Below are positions 18,009-28,226 of a stretch of 64,000 nt of DNA, piece after piece. Below the pieces are notes generated by a model. That model was not told the origin of the DNA. It searched no databases and worked only from the letters and a program-made list of their open reading frames with translations. Location: positions 1 to 64,000 of IMG/VR virus record IMGVR_UViG_3300022602_002157. One strand, 5' to 3'. Numbering within the stretch: the first letter of the stretch is position 1; every line of letters begins with the position of its first letter. The position numbers and the translations under genes are program-made. The DNA is from a virus.

Positions 18009-20630
18009 ATGGCACAACCAAATTGGATAACACCAGCCGGCGCAATAGCAACAATACCCAGTCAAATATTTTATAGTACAACAGTTGTTGCTAATCCAGT
18101 TCTTCCAGCAACTGCTGTTAACTATACGCTATTAAGTGGAAGTTTACCTTTGGGTATGACTTTAACTTCAAACAATAATATAGGTGTAATATCAGGCACA
18201 CCTGCATTAGTAATTAATTCTACTACATATACGTTTGCTATTAGAGCCACTGACAATTTGGGTAATATCAGAGACAGAACTTTTAGTTTAACAACCAATG
18301 GAGCGTCACTACCACAGTTTACTACTCCAACAGGAACTATATTAAGCACATATGATAGTACATGGGTAGATTTACCAATTCAGTATACTAATCCAGTTTC
18401 AAGTAATGCAGTTATTATTAGAGTTATTCAAGGACAACTTCCACCTGGTTTAGAAATTAATGACATAGGACGTATTCGTGGATATGCACAACCTCCTATT
18501 GCTCAAGTTAATTTACCGTTGGTGGTAACATCTGCTGTTGCTACAACAACATCAAATACTATATCTTGTTTAAGTACAACAGGATTTAGTGTTGGTAGAC
18601 CTATTGTTTTTACTGGAACAGTATTTGGTGGAATTACTGCAAGTCAAACATATTACATCAATTCAATTATTGATGCAAGTACATTTACAATTTCTACTAC
18701 TGTTGGTGGACCTATCTTTACATTAAGTAATGCGGCAGGATACATGACCGCAACCTTACCTAACGTATCAGTTGGTCAACCTACAATTGAAACATATACA
18801 TTTACACTTAAATTAAGTAGTAGTCTTGGCAATGATTTACAATCATACAGCATTACTATCATCAATCAAAACGCACCACAAAGTCAAGGTGGTCCAGGAC
18901 TACCTGCAAATACTAGAATACCTACAATCTATAATACTAGACCAGCAACTTATAATATAACACCTGACACAGTTGATTATGGATATTTTGTATTGCCACC
19001 TGGTTCATTAGTAACAGGTGCAACATATAGTCCAACAGTTAATGCTAATATTGGAACTATTAATAGTGATGTGTTTTTTGCTTTTAAAGTAATAGGTCAC
19101 GATTTTGATGGTACTGGATTAACTTATGTTTATGCTAATTTACCAATTGGATTAACAGGCGATCCTAATACAGGTTGGATTACAGGTACTCCTGTTATCA
19201 ATCCAGATAGTATTTCACAATTTAGTTTTAGTGTACAAGTTTATAAATCAAACAATCCCACAATCTTTACACCATTCTTTAATTTTTCATATATCATTGA
19301 AAATCAAATCAATGGTATTGTAACATGGGTAAGTCCAACAGATTTAGGACAGATTTATAATGGTAGTACAAGTATTTTATATGTAGAAGCAGAATCAGAC
19401 GTTGTGTTACAATATAGATTAACTGGTGGAACACTACCTCCTAACTTAGTATTATTACCTAGTGGAGAAATCTCAGGAGTTGTTGCATTTCAACCAACTG
19501 ATAATATTTTAACAGCAGGTACAACTACACAATTTACTTTTACAATAGAAGCATACAGTCCATTGTATCCAGTGGTACAAAGTTCACAAACATTTACAAT
19601 AGAAGTATATCAAGAATATCAACAACCAACTGATACACTTTATATTTCATGTAATCCAAGTTTAAGTGATAGAAATTTAATCAATTCATTATTAACAAAT
19701 ACATCATTGATTCCACCTGAATATTTATATAGATCAGATGATCCTTATTTTGGAGTGGCAACAAGCGTTGTTTATGAACATGCTTATGGTATTAATGCCA
19801 GTGACTTTGAACAATATGTAGCCGCTGTAACACAGAATCATTATTGGAGAGACATTACGTTAGGTGAAATTAAAGTCGCACAGGCTATTAATGAAACAAC
19901 AGGCGAAGTCATATATGAAGTTGTGTATAGCGAAGTAATAGATAATTTAGTTAATTTGGGTGAACAGTATCCTAATAATGCTAATATCTATGGTGCAAGT
20001 GTGCCGCAGTCAATTTATTGGCCAACATTTATTCCATTAGATTTAGGACCTTGGTATACTAGCGTAACTGAAATATACACAAGTTATGAAGTTAGCCCTT
20101 CAGGTCAACAGTTCTATACTAGTTTGACACCCGGAGAAGCAAGAACATTGTATCCAAACAGTTTACCAAATATGCGCAACAGAGTTGGTCAAGTGTTAGG
20201 TCAAGTATATGACAGCAATCTATTACCATTATGGATGACAAGTCAACAAGTCAATGGTAGTACATTGGGTTATACTCCTGCTTGGGTAATCTGTTATACA
20301 CAACCTGGCACAGTTACATTGCCCGAAGCAATTACATTACCTGACGGGTCTACAACAAATGTTGTGACATATGCACAGTATATACAATATCAGATTAATA
20401 ATAACTGGGTAAATACTGTAGGAGAAAAACAATCACTTAACTCTGTTAATTTCACAATTGATAGATTCACAGTCAACAAGAGTATTACGTACAATTATGA
20501 CAATAATTCTAGCCCACCCGCATGGACTGGATTGCCTAGCGCAACCCCTGTACCAAATCCATTAGACAGTAAAGATTTCTATGTGTTGTTCCCTAGAAAA
20601 ACTATTTTGCCAGATCAAACGCAATACTAA
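18009..20630 (+). CDS. Virion protein with putative Ig (He_PIG-like) repeats
   Basis: Repeated SGSLPLGMTL/GQLPPGLEI/GGTLPPNLVL...G.ISG motifs followed by YTFTI strands. Confidence 0.75.
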   Translation: MAQPNWITPAGAIATIPSQIFYSTTVVANPVLPATAVNYTLLSGSLPLGMTLTSNNNIGVISGTPALVINSTTYTFAIRATDNLGNIRDRTFSLTTNGASLPQFTTPTGTILSTYDSTWVDLPIQYTNPVSSNAVIIRVIQGQLPPGLEINDIGRIRGYAQPPIAQVNLPLVVTSAVATTTSNTISCLSTTGFSVGRPIVFTGTVFGGITASQTYYINSIIDASTFTISTTVGGPIFTLSNAAGYMTATLPNVSVGQPTIETYTFTLKLSSSLGNDLQSYSITIINQNAPQSQGGPGLPANTRIPTIYNTRPATYNITPDTVDYGYFVLPPGSLVTGATYSPTVNANIGTINSDVFFAFKVIGHDFDGTGLTYVYANLPIGLTGDPNTGWITGTPVINPDSISQFSFSVQVYKSNNPTIFTPFFNFSYIIENQINGIVTWVSPTDLGQIYNGSTSILYVEAESDVVLQYRLTGGTLPPNLVLLPSGEISGVVAFQPTDNILTAGTTTQFTFTIEAYSPLYPVVQSSQTFTIEVYQEYQQPTDTLYISCNPSLSDRNLINSLLTNTSLIPPEYLYRSDDPYFGVATSVVYEHAYGINASDFEQYVAAVTQNHYWRDITLGEIKVAQAINETTGEVIYEVVYSEVIDNLVNLGEQYPNNANIYGASVPQSIYWPTFIPLDLGPWYTSVTEIYTSYEVSPSGQQFYTSLTPGEARTLYPNSLPNMRNRVGQVLGQVYDSNLLPLWMTSQQVNGSTLGYTPAWVICYTQPGTVTLPEAITLPDGSTTNVVTYAQYIQYQINNNWVNTVGEKQSLNSVNFTIDRFTVNKSITYNYDNNSSPPAWTGLPSATPVPNPLDSKDFYVLFPRKTILPDQTQY

Positions 20631-20653
20631 ATACAATACGGAATAGATAAATT

Positions 20654-21973
20654 ATGACAAGCCAAATCAACACAAACGGAATCAATGTAAATTACCCAGT
20701 CCCGGGAAAAAACAATAGTTCTCAGGGATTCAGAGATAACTTTGCTCAAATTGCCAACGACTTAAACATTGCGGCAAACGAGATTACTGATTTACAAAAC
20801 AATGCAGTTCTTAAAGCCGCATTGGCCAATTCTGTATTGAATAATGACATGGCTAACACACTAATCAGTAATGCTAGCACTAGAGGATTTAGAGCCACAA
20901 CTTACAATTTGGGTAACAGTCTTGCAGGAACCGTATTAGTTAATGTTGCTAGTGGAGATGTTCAATATGGCGCAGTTACTGGTAATGTAACATTACAGTT
21001 TGGTGGCTGGGCCCCTACAAATACAGTTAGCAACATTCAAATCAGATTGACATTTGCCAATGCTAACTCAACAGTTGCGTTACCAAACGCATGTATTTCA
21101 AGCAATAACAACTTTGGCGTAACATTGTTAGAAAATGTAGAAATCATTAACAATGTTGCATATATCTCACCTCCTGCTAACACACAAGTTTTAACATATA
21201 ATATTTCATCGGCTGATTGTGGTAACTCAATCACTATGACTCCGTTGAATAGACCATTTGAATCTACCCAAATTCAATCACGCACAGTTATCCCAACTGG
21301 CGTACAAGGTGATATGAATGGCGCTGTTGCCGTAGGTCCAGGGTACAGTCAATTAAATATCATTTCTACTAGTTCAACTGGTAATATCTTTACTACAAGT
21401 TCACAAGACAACACTTCACAATTGTTTACTGATTTGCCTGTATGCTTTACAGGTGTATCAATTGATAGTAACGTAACAATTGGCACACAATACTATATTA
21501 GAAATGTAGTAAGTAGCAATACATTTACAGTATCATCAACTGTCGGTGGTGCTAATTTAGCATTAGCCGGTGGCAGTGGTAATATGTATGCTAATCCTGT
21601 AAATTATCTATATGTTGCAACAGATTCATATGATGCAACAGAAACAGTAGTTTACACTCCTAGCGTTAGTGCTATGTACACAACAGGTAATATCACTATT
21701 ACTCCAACTAATAATTTAGTTGTAAATGCTCCAATCATCTTTACTGGTAATGTTGACACAGCAAACACTGGTATTGTATCAGGCAACGCATACTACATTA
21801 AATCTATCAGTGCGTCAACTGGTACAGCAAATATCACAATAAGCCAATCACGTACAAATGGTGTTGCTGGTACACAAACTGTTGTTAAAGGAAATAGCAC
21901 TTCATTGACTGCAAACGCACAAGTGTATGTCGGGGATGACATTTGGCGTAGAGTCCCATTAACTGCATGGTAA
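20654..21973 (+). CDS. Tail fibre/baseplate-associated structural protein
   Basis: YPVPGKNNSSQGFRDNF N-terminus, beta-rich body, C-terminal IWRRVPLTAW. Confidence 0.65.
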   Translation: MTSQINTNGINVNYPVPGKNNSSQGFRDNFAQIANDLNIAANEITDLQNNAVLKAALANSVLNNDMANTLISNASTRGFRATTYNLGNSLAGTVLVNVASGDVQYGAVTGNVTLQFGGWAPTNTVSNIQIRLTFANANSTVALPNACISSNNNFGVTLLENVEIINNVAYISPPANTQVLTYNISSADCGNSITMTPLNRPFESTQIQSRTVIPTGVQGDMNGAVAVGPGYSQLNIISTSSTGNIFTTSSQDNTSQLFTDLPVCFTGVSIDSNVTIGTQYYIRNVVSSNTFTVSSTVGGANLALAGGSGNMYANPVNYLYVATDSYDATETVVYTPSVSAMYTTGNITITPTNNLVVNAPIIFTGNVDTANTGIVSGNAYYIKSISASTGTANITISQSRTNGVAGTQTVVKGNSTSLTANAQVYVGDDIWRRVPLTAW

Positions 21974-21977
21974 TATA

Positions 21978-22214
21978 ATGGAACATCCTTTTATCAGCGA
22001 CCTTTCAGAAAAAACTATGGAAGAGTTGCAGGATACAATAACTGATCTAAATAAAAAATTAAATTTTGCATATAGAACAGGAAATAGCGCATTATTGAAT
22101 CAATTACAGATGGTTATTGAAAGTTACAAGAATCAACATAGAAAAAAGATGGATGAATTGTTTGATAAGCAAAAATTAAACGCACAAATTAATATTCAGT
22201 CTGACAAAAAATGA
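21978..22214 (+). CDS. Hypothetical protein
   Basis: 78-aa helical ORF, tightly packed. Confidence 0.6.
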   Translation: MEHPFISDLSEKTMEELQDTITDLNKKLNFAYRTGNSALLNQLQMVIESYKNQHRKKMDELFDKQKLNAQINIQSDKK

Positions 22215-22774
22215 GTACTAGAATCGAAAAAGATTTTTATTTTCAAACTGCCGTACATTTTGAAAATAAATTTTATGTAAATTCCTATGAATTAACTATA
22301 TCCGTATTGGTAGAAACTGATTCACCAAGAGAACAAAATGTTGCTATGGATAGGGCAAGTTATTTCTTAATGTCAGAATTACAAAACTCTGTATTGATTC
22401 ATAAAAAAGAAATTGAAGCAATAGAAAAATACAAAAACGCAGGTATTAAAATCTGTGAAATTCCAGAAGAACCCTTTGATCAAATTATTGGAATGATATT
22501 GCTAATGAAATTAAATGCAATAATGGAAAACAGATTAAAAATTACTGATTTAGTTCTTGGCTCTAGTATGAGCGAAGGCGTAAGATTTAATATCGTATCC
22601 GAAGTTGCAGAAAGTTTATTTTCAGAAATGAATTGGTGGAATAAGCCCACAATTTGTATGACCGAAGAAGAATGCAAAGTATCACCAGACAATGTAGTTA
22701 AACTGTTTGACGACAAAGATTGGAAAGAACTTGGACTATCTTGGAAAGAAAAACCCAAAAAGGGTAAAAAGTAA
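22211..22774 (+). CDS. Hypothetical protein
   Basis: 187-aa ORF overlapping the upstream stop (ATGA). Confidence 0.6.
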   Translation: MSTRIEKDFYFQTAVHFENKFYVNSYELTISVLVETDSPREQNVAMDRASYFLMSELQNSVLIHKKEIEAIEKYKNAGIKICEIPEEPFDQIIGMILLMKLNAIMENRLKITDLVLGSSMSEGVRFNIVSEVAESLFSEMNWWNKPTICMTEEECKVSPDNVVKLFDDKDWKELGLSWKEKPKKGKK

Positions 22775-22775
22775 T

Positions 22776-22804
22776 TTGACTTTATCAAATGTCTGTGTTA
22801 TCAT
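22776..22804 (+). promoter_or_regulatory. Sigma70-type promoter
   Basis: TTGACT-17 nt-TATCAT. Confidence 0.65.
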
Positions 22805-22810
22805 ACGTCA

Positions 22811-23317
22811 ATGATTGCAGATAAATTTAATCAACAAATATATACAGAACAAGACCTCTGCGACCTTTATCTAACAAATACTGAAACACAACTTAAAAAC
22901 GTATTAGTTGAAAATGCAATCAAGTTCGACCCAGAACTAAATCTAAACAATATACCCGAAATTATTGAATATACACTATCTGACGAATCCATTGAGGAAT
23001 TTGACGAACGTTGTAGAAATAATTGGTTCATTCCCGAAAGTTACAAAAACTTTGACATTGCAAAATTTGTTTTGGAACAATGCAATGGTGAGGCCGAACT
23101 ACAACGGGCAGGTGAAGAGTTGTTAATGTACCAAGAACGTGATATGTTTATACTACTCAAGTATCTCAAGTACCTTGTAGACACCATGCGTGAACATAAC
23201 ATTGTTTGGGGTGTGGGTCGTGGTAGTAGTGTAAGCAGTTTTGTATTATTTTTGATAGGAATTCACCGTATAAATAGTTTACACTATGATTTATCTATCA
23301 CAGAGTTCTTGAAATAG
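22811..23317 (+). CDS. Stand-alone fragment of DNA polymerase III alpha (DnaE) NTPase domain
   Basis: RAGEEL...YLVDTMREHNIVWGVGRGSSVSSFVLFLIGIHRIN matches the DnaE GxGRGS motif. Confidence 0.75.
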   Translation: MIADKFNQQIYTEQDLCDLYLTNTETQLKNVLVENAIKFDPELNLNNIPEIIEYTLSDESIEEFDERCRNNWFIPESYKNFDIAKFVLEQCNGEAELQRAGEELLMYQERDMFILLKYLKYLVDTMREHNIVWGVGRGSSVSSFVLFLIGIHRINSLHYDLSITEFLK

Positions 23318-23328
23318 GAGAGAAACAA

Positions 23329-23706
23329 ATGGCAAAATATAGATCAGCAAAAGGTAAAACAGTCGATATGGGTGCGCTTGCAACTAAAAACGAGCGTGTC
23401 AAGGCTGTAGGCAACATGAAGGTTAACGCTAGGGGTGATATCATTGACGCTAGCGGCAACATTGTTGTGCCTGTAAACAAGAAAGTTAGCGACAGATACG
23501 CTAAGACAGTTACAAATCGTGCGGCTAACATTGTTAAAAAGACACCGCAGCCAATTAAAACTGCACCTAAGCCAGAAATTGCAAAAGTACAGTTGACTAA
23601 AGAAGAAATTGAATTCATCATGGAAGATGAAGAAAATGAAGAAGTAGAAGCCATCAAGGCAGAAGAAGTAGCAAAAGAAGTATCAACTAAAGAGACCAAA
23701 AAGTAA
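23329..23706 (+). CDS. Hypothetical protein
   Basis: AGGAG RBS; TATAAATA at 23269; AVGNMKVNARGD motif. Confidence 0.65.
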   Translation: MAKYRSAKGKTVDMGALATKNERVKAVGNMKVNARGDIIDASGNIVVPVNKKVSDRYAKTVTNRAANIVKKTPQPIKTAPKPEIAKVQLTKEEIEFIMEDEENEEVEAIKAEEVAKEVSTKETKK

Positions 23707-23708
23707 TT

Positions 23709-24068
23709 ATGAGTTTAAGTTACACTAAAGCAAAAGTTAATAAATTAAAACCATTGCATGACACCATTATCGTAAGTGATATGGAGTTCGGTGAGCGAAT
23801 TACACAATCTGGATTGATCATGCCAAATGATGACATGAAGAGTTCAGGTATTCGTCCACGTTGGGCTAAAGTATATGCAATTGGGCCAAAGCAAAAAGAT
23901 GTAAAAGTAGGACAATATATTTATATAGCACACGGTCGCTGGACTAGAGGTATCACTATTGAGACTCCTGAAGGCGAGAAAGTTATCCGTAAAGTAGACA
24001 ACAATGATGTTTTATTAGTAAGTGATGAATATATTAGCGATTACAATATTAGTGACAAGGCAATCTAA
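23709..24068 (+). CDS. groES: GroES-like co-chaperonin
   Basis: LKPLHDTIIV, TQSGLIMP, KVYAIGP, VKVGQ. Confidence 0.8.
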   Translation: MSLSYTKAKVNKLKPLHDTIIVSDMEFGERITQSGLIMPNDDMKSSGIRPRWAKVYAIGPKQKDVKVGQYIYIAHGRWTRGITIETPEGEKVIRKVDNNDVLLVSDEYISDYNISDKAI

Positions 24069-24077
24069 GGAAGACGA

Positions 24078-25001
24078 ATGAAGAACCAACTTTGGGTAGA
24101 AAAATACAGACCAAAAACTGTAAGTGATTATGTTTTTGTTGACGAGAATCAAAAGCAACAAGTAGAGAATTGGATCAATGCAGGTTCAATCCCTCACTTG
24201 TTGCTTAGTGGTGATCCTGGCACAGGCAAAACTACACTAGCCAAAGTTCTCATTCACGAACTTGGTATTGAAGAATATGATGTAATGGAAATCAACGCTA
24301 GTCGTGAGCGTGGTATTGATATTGTTAAAAACAAAATCAATTCATTCTCACAGACTATTCCGTTTGGTAAAATGAAGATCATTCTGCTTGATGAGGCTGA
24401 CTACACAACTCCTGACTTTCAGGCTGCATTGCGTAGCGATATGGAAGCATATGCCGAAACTGTGCGTTTTATTTTAACGTGTAACTATCAGCATAAGATT
24501 ATCCCTGCGCTTAAGTCACGTTGCCATTCATTTCATATCGCAAAAACTGATATGACTGAATTTACTGCACGTGCCGCAACTGTATTAGTAACTGAAAACA
24601 TTGACTTTGATTTAGATGTGTTGGACACATATGTTCGTGCAACATATCCTGATCTTAGAAAGTGTTTGAATCAGTTACAAGTTAACTCTGGAACTGGTAA
24701 GTTAGTTCCTCCTCATAAGGCAGGTCAAAGCGAAGACGAACTTCTTGTTACTGCAACTGACTTGTTCAAGTCAGGAAAGATTCTTGAAGGTCGTCAACAA
24801 TTGATGCAGTACATTAGTCTATATCCAACACGTATTGAAGATACGTACAAGTGGATGTATGACAACTTAGATTTGTGGGGCAACAGTAATGAAAAGCGTG
24901 ATATGAGTATTGTGATTATTCGCAATGGTCTAGCACAACTTCCATTAGTGGGGATTCCAGAAATTAGTTTGGCTGCAACGTTAGTAGAGTTAACCTCATG
25001 A
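24078..25001 (+). CDS. Clamp loader AAA+ subunit (gp44/RFC small subunit-like)
   Basis: LWVEKYRP, GDPGTGKTT, INASRERG, LLDEAD, LKSRC. Confidence 0.92.
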   Translation: MKNQLWVEKYRPKTVSDYVFVDENQKQQVENWINAGSIPHLLLSGDPGTGKTTLAKVLIHELGIEEYDVMEINASRERGIDIVKNKINSFSQTIPFGKMKIILLDEADYTTPDFQAALRSDMEAYAETVRFILTCNYQHKIIPALKSRCHSFHIAKTDMTEFTARAATVLVTENIDFDLDVLDTYVRATYPDLRKCLNQLQVNSGTGKLVPPHKAGQSEDELLVTATDLFKSGKILEGRQQLMQYISLYPTRIEDTYKWMYDNLDLWGNSNEKRDMSIVIIRNGLAQLPLVGIPEISLAATLVELTS

Positions 25002-25273
25002 GATACATGTTTTTGACGTTTTACCGCAAACCAGGCGGACAGATTGATGAACAGGTTACAGTATCTAAGCGAGTAAGACCTGCTGACCTTACAAACTGCA
25101 ATGTAATCATTGATTATGCAGAAAAGAAAATTTTAAAATGTGTGATTGAAGGTAAGGTACATGACACTACCTTTGATTTAATGAATGAATATTATAAAAA
25201 GATTTATCCTACAATGATTGCGCAACTTGAAAAAGAAGCGCCAATTGAGGCAAAGTCTAAAGACAAGAAATAA
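24998..25273 (+). CDS. Hypothetical protein
   Basis: 91-aa ORF coupled to the clamp loader stop. Confidence 0.6.
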   Translation: MRYMFLTFYRKPGGQIDEQVTVSKRVRPADLTNCNVIIDYAEKKILKCVIEGKVHDTTFDLMNEYYKKIYPTMIAQLEKEAPIEAKSKDKK

Positions 25274-25297
25274 TAAACGGGGCTTTCGCCCCGTTTA
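25274..25297. terminator. Hairpin terminator between convergent genes (probably bidirectional)
   Basis: TAAACGGGGC-TTTC-GCCCCGTTTA. Confidence 0.75.
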
Positions 25298-25299
25298 CT

Positions 25300-26085
25300 T
25301 TAAGCATACATGGTTAATACGTGTTCAATGATCTTATGTCTCCTAATATCACGTGTATCAAACTCACATGCTTTCATCCCAGGAACTTGATATTGCTCAA
25401 TTCTACGCTTTAAATCAAGTAGTCCATTGTCAGGTGTTCTGCGGTCTGTTTGTTCCACATCACCAGTAATAACAATTTTACTACCTTCGCTAATTCTAGT
25501 CATTAGCATTTTGATTTGACTAGGCGTTGCATTTTGAGCCTCATCTAAGATGATCCAACTATTTTTAAAGTTACGACCTCGACAGAATGCCAATGGGGTA
25601 ATTTCAATAATCTGTTCATCTAACATATAACTAATTTCTTTTACGCTATAATACTCCTTTAAAACGTCAAATAATGGTCTGACCCAAGGTTCCATTTTTG
25701 AATTCAAGTCGCCGGGCAAGAACCCGTGCTTTTCATCATCAACTGCAACAGCAGGTCTTGTCAAAATAATTCTACTACACTCACCACTTCTCATTGCTTG
25801 TATTGCTGCCAACATAGCAAGATAAGTTTTACCAGTACCCGCAGGTCCAGAAACCATGACAATATCTGTTTCAGGGTCGGTTAGTGCGATTATATATTTT
25901 TCCTGATTTATGCTCTTAGGCACTAGATTGATGGGTTTTCTGGCTTTCTTTTGAGGCTGAGTTTGTGTAAAGTCAATTGTTTTAGATTCGTTCATATAAA
26001 ATACTTGACTTTCATTATTTTGATACTTTCTTTGTGAATATCGTGTGTCTTTCTGTCTGAGTTCGCTGGTTTTTCGTTTACTCAA
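25300..26085 (-). CDS. phoH: PhoH-family ATPase
   Basis: GPAGTGKT, GFLPGDL, RGRNF, ILDEAQN, ITGDVEQTD; likely TTG start at 26085 with AGGAG RBS. Confidence 0.93.
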   Translation of the reverse strand: MSKRKTSELRQKDTRYSQRKYQNNESQVFYMNESKTIDFTQTQPQKKARKPINLVPKSINQEKYIIALTDPETDIVMVSGPAGTGKTYLAMLAAIQAMRSGECSRIILTRPAVAVDDEKHGFLPGDLNSKMEPWVRPLFDVLKEYYSVKEISYMLDEQIIEITPLAFCRGRNFKNSWIILDEAQNATPSQIKMLMTRISEGSKIVITGDVEQTDRRTPDNGLLDLKRRIEQYQVPGMKACEFDTRDIRRHKIIEHVLTMYA

Positions 26086-26271
26086 TGTGTTTCTCCTAGT
26101 TGATACACTTGTTGTGAGAGATAACCTTCTCTCAAAGATATTTAAAGGCATACAGTAAGTAAACAATGCAGAACATACGGCCATCAAACCTATGATAAAT
26201 ATTATGCTAACCCCAGAAATAATCCATTCGAAAGGTTTGTAAACAAAAACAAACTAGTGATAAATACATAT

Positions 26272-26880
26272 ATGAGTACTCTTCCAGCAGACAAATTTTT
26301 TAATGACGTTGACTTTGTAAGCATTGTAGACACCATTCGCGGTGTTTATATGAGCGACGGATCAATGTCTACCCTATTGGACTTTGAACGAGTCCTAGAT
26401 GAAGCAGATGTATATGCTTTTAAAAACTGGTTAATTGGTGAATTAGTAGACGGTCCAAAGATTGGTAGATACAATGCAAAATGTGTATTCATGTGGCCTT
26501 ATAAATTAATGCCCGATCCAAGAGCCGCATTAAGACTACTTAACGTTGGATGCAAAGTAAAGTTTGCTAAAACACGTATTGAAGTTCCTGTAGAAATTAA
26601 AGATTACGAAGATTTTGTGCAGGGTACACGTTATCCAAAGATGACAAAAAAGCGTGTTTGGATGGTAGAAATCACAATCCCATTTGAATTGATGGATGAT
26701 ATCAAAGAAGGTAGTATTGATCTTGCTGACCAAACTATTGACTTGAGTGAGATTCAGGACGCATATGACGAAGACTTAGATGCGCCAACAAAAGATGAAA
26801 ACGAATTAGAAACACAGCAAGATGAAAATCAAATGGCTGATCAAAATTCATCAAGTCCCAATCAACTAGCACAAATGTAA
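26272..26880 (+). CDS. Hypothetical phage protein
   Basis: LLDFERVLDE...MPDPRAALRL; ATG 5 nt after TAAATA. Confidence 0.65.
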   Translation: MSTLPADKFFNDVDFVSIVDTIRGVYMSDGSMSTLLDFERVLDEADVYAFKNWLIGELVDGPKIGRYNAKCVFMWPYKLMPDPRAALRLLNVGCKVKFAKTRIEVPVEIKDYEDFVQGTRYPKMTKKRVWMVEITIPFELMDDIKEGSIDLADQTIDLSEIQDAYDEDLDAPTKDENELETQQDENQMADQNSSSPNQLAQM

Positions 26881-26890
26881 GAGATAAAAT

Positions 26891-27430
26891 ATGACTATAC
26901 TAAATGAAAGCCTTGACTATATGGACTTAGAAGGACAGATGTCTGACAGAGTTACCGTTGATGAGTATGCGGCTAAAATGGGTAAGGATAGTGATATTGT
27001 TACATTGGCATTTAAAGTATATTCAGAACTAGCCGCAGAAGATTTGGTTACATGGTTCGAGCGCGGATATGAATGGGTATTAGATTCAAGTGTAAGCGAT
27101 GGTGAATTGCGCCCAGGAGTATATCTAGTATTCGTTGAAATGGACCGTCGTAGCAGAGTTCCTGAAAGAATCATTACATTATTACAAGACTTAGAAACTC
27201 TTACAGGTCTTAAATTAAAAGACTGGACTGTAGAAATTGAAGGTGAAGACTATGAAGCAGACGAAGAAACAATTCGCAATCATATGGTCTTGAACCCAAA
27301 TGAATACAAGATGGAAAAAGAAAAAGACGAAAAGATAAATGAGTTCCGTACTATTGCAGGTTTAAAAACTAAGCCTTTGTATGAGAACGATACATATATC
27401 AAAAACTTAAAGGCAATTGCAGGATTATAA
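26891..27430 (+). CDS. Hypothetical protein, possibly head-associated
   Basis: MTILNES N-terminus; IAGL motifs at the C-terminus. Confidence 0.6.
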   Translation: MTILNESLDYMDLEGQMSDRVTVDEYAAKMGKDSDIVTLAFKVYSELAAEDLVTWFERGYEWVLDSSVSDGELRPGVYLVFVEMDRRSRVPERIITLLQDLETLTGLKLKDWTVEIEGEDYEADEETIRNHMVLNPNEYKMEKEKDEKINEFRTIAGLKTKPLYENDTYIKNLKAIAGL

Positions 27431-27433
27431 TAT

Positions 27434-28186
27434 ATGGCGACTATTTTACCTACTACCAAAGCAACTACAGAAACTCCAATTGCAAAGAGTGACGATCATC
27501 ACGATGCATTGGCTGCGGATCCAACAGTTCCGCAATTTCCTCAAGGGAGTACATTTGGAAATGCAACAGCATCAACAACCAATACATCAACAAGTAGCCC
27601 AACAGCATTTGGCTCTACGCCATCAACTGGATTCGGTTCAACCAGTAGTTTTGGTTCACCAACAACAAGTAGTTTTGGCGGAGGCGGCTTTGGAGGCTCA
27701 TCTTCAACAGGGTTCGGTGGATCGTCAGGTGGATTCGGCGGCGGCTCTACAGGTTTCGGCGGTGGCTCTACAGGTTTCGGCGGTGGAATGGGAAGTGGAC
27801 AAATGGGGACTCCCGGCACAGCGAACATGAATGTAAGCATGAGCAATGGTCCAGTGTTAACTGGTGCTGGTGCCAATGCTGCCGAACAAGCAGACGTATT
27901 AGTTGCAAACACAAACGAAGATTGGCTAAACAAAAAGTGGCGTCCAATGATGGGTTGGATGTACATGGCTGTTTGTACAATGGACTTTATCGTGTTCCCA
28001 ATCTTGTGGAGTTTATTACAAGCACATGATCATGGACAAGTTACAAGTCAATGGCAACCAGTTACACTACAAGGTGCTGGCTTGTTCCATATGGCAATGG
28101 GTGCTGTTCTAGGTATTGCGGCTTATGGTCGTACACAAGAAAAGATGGCAGGCGCAAACCAAACATCAACTTCATTTGGTAAATAA
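27434..28186 (+). CDS. Holin-like membrane protein (GTA 3TM-holin-like) with Gly/Ser/Phe-rich N-terminal region
   Basis: WLNKKWRPMMGWMYMAVC, hydrophobic helices, LGIAAYGRTQEK. Confidence 0.65.
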   Translation: MATILPTTKATTETPIAKSDDHHDALAADPTVPQFPQGSTFGNATASTTNTSTSSPTAFGSTPSTGFGSTSSFGSPTTSSFGGGGFGGSSSTGFGGSSGGFGGGSTGFGGGSTGFGGGMGSGQMGTPGTANMNVSMSNGPVLTGAGANAAEQADVLVANTNEDWLNKKWRPMMGWMYMAVCTMDFIVFPILWSLLQAHDHGQVTSQWQPVTLQGAGLFHMAMGAVLGIAAYGRTQEKMAGANQTSTSFGK

Positions 28187-28191
28187 ATCGC

Positions 28192-28220
28192 TTGACTTTA
28201 GCAATCCGTTCTGTTAATAT
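28192..28220 (+). promoter_or_regulatory. Sigma70-type promoter (extended -10)
   Basis: TTGACT-17 nt-TAATAT with TG. Confidence 0.6.
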
Positions 28221-28226
28221 ATAACA

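Noticed and set aside
12210-21973. Diversity-generating retroelement acting on fibre genes
   Set aside because: No reverse transcriptase and no TR/VR pair differing only at adenines; repeat variation is at synonymous positions
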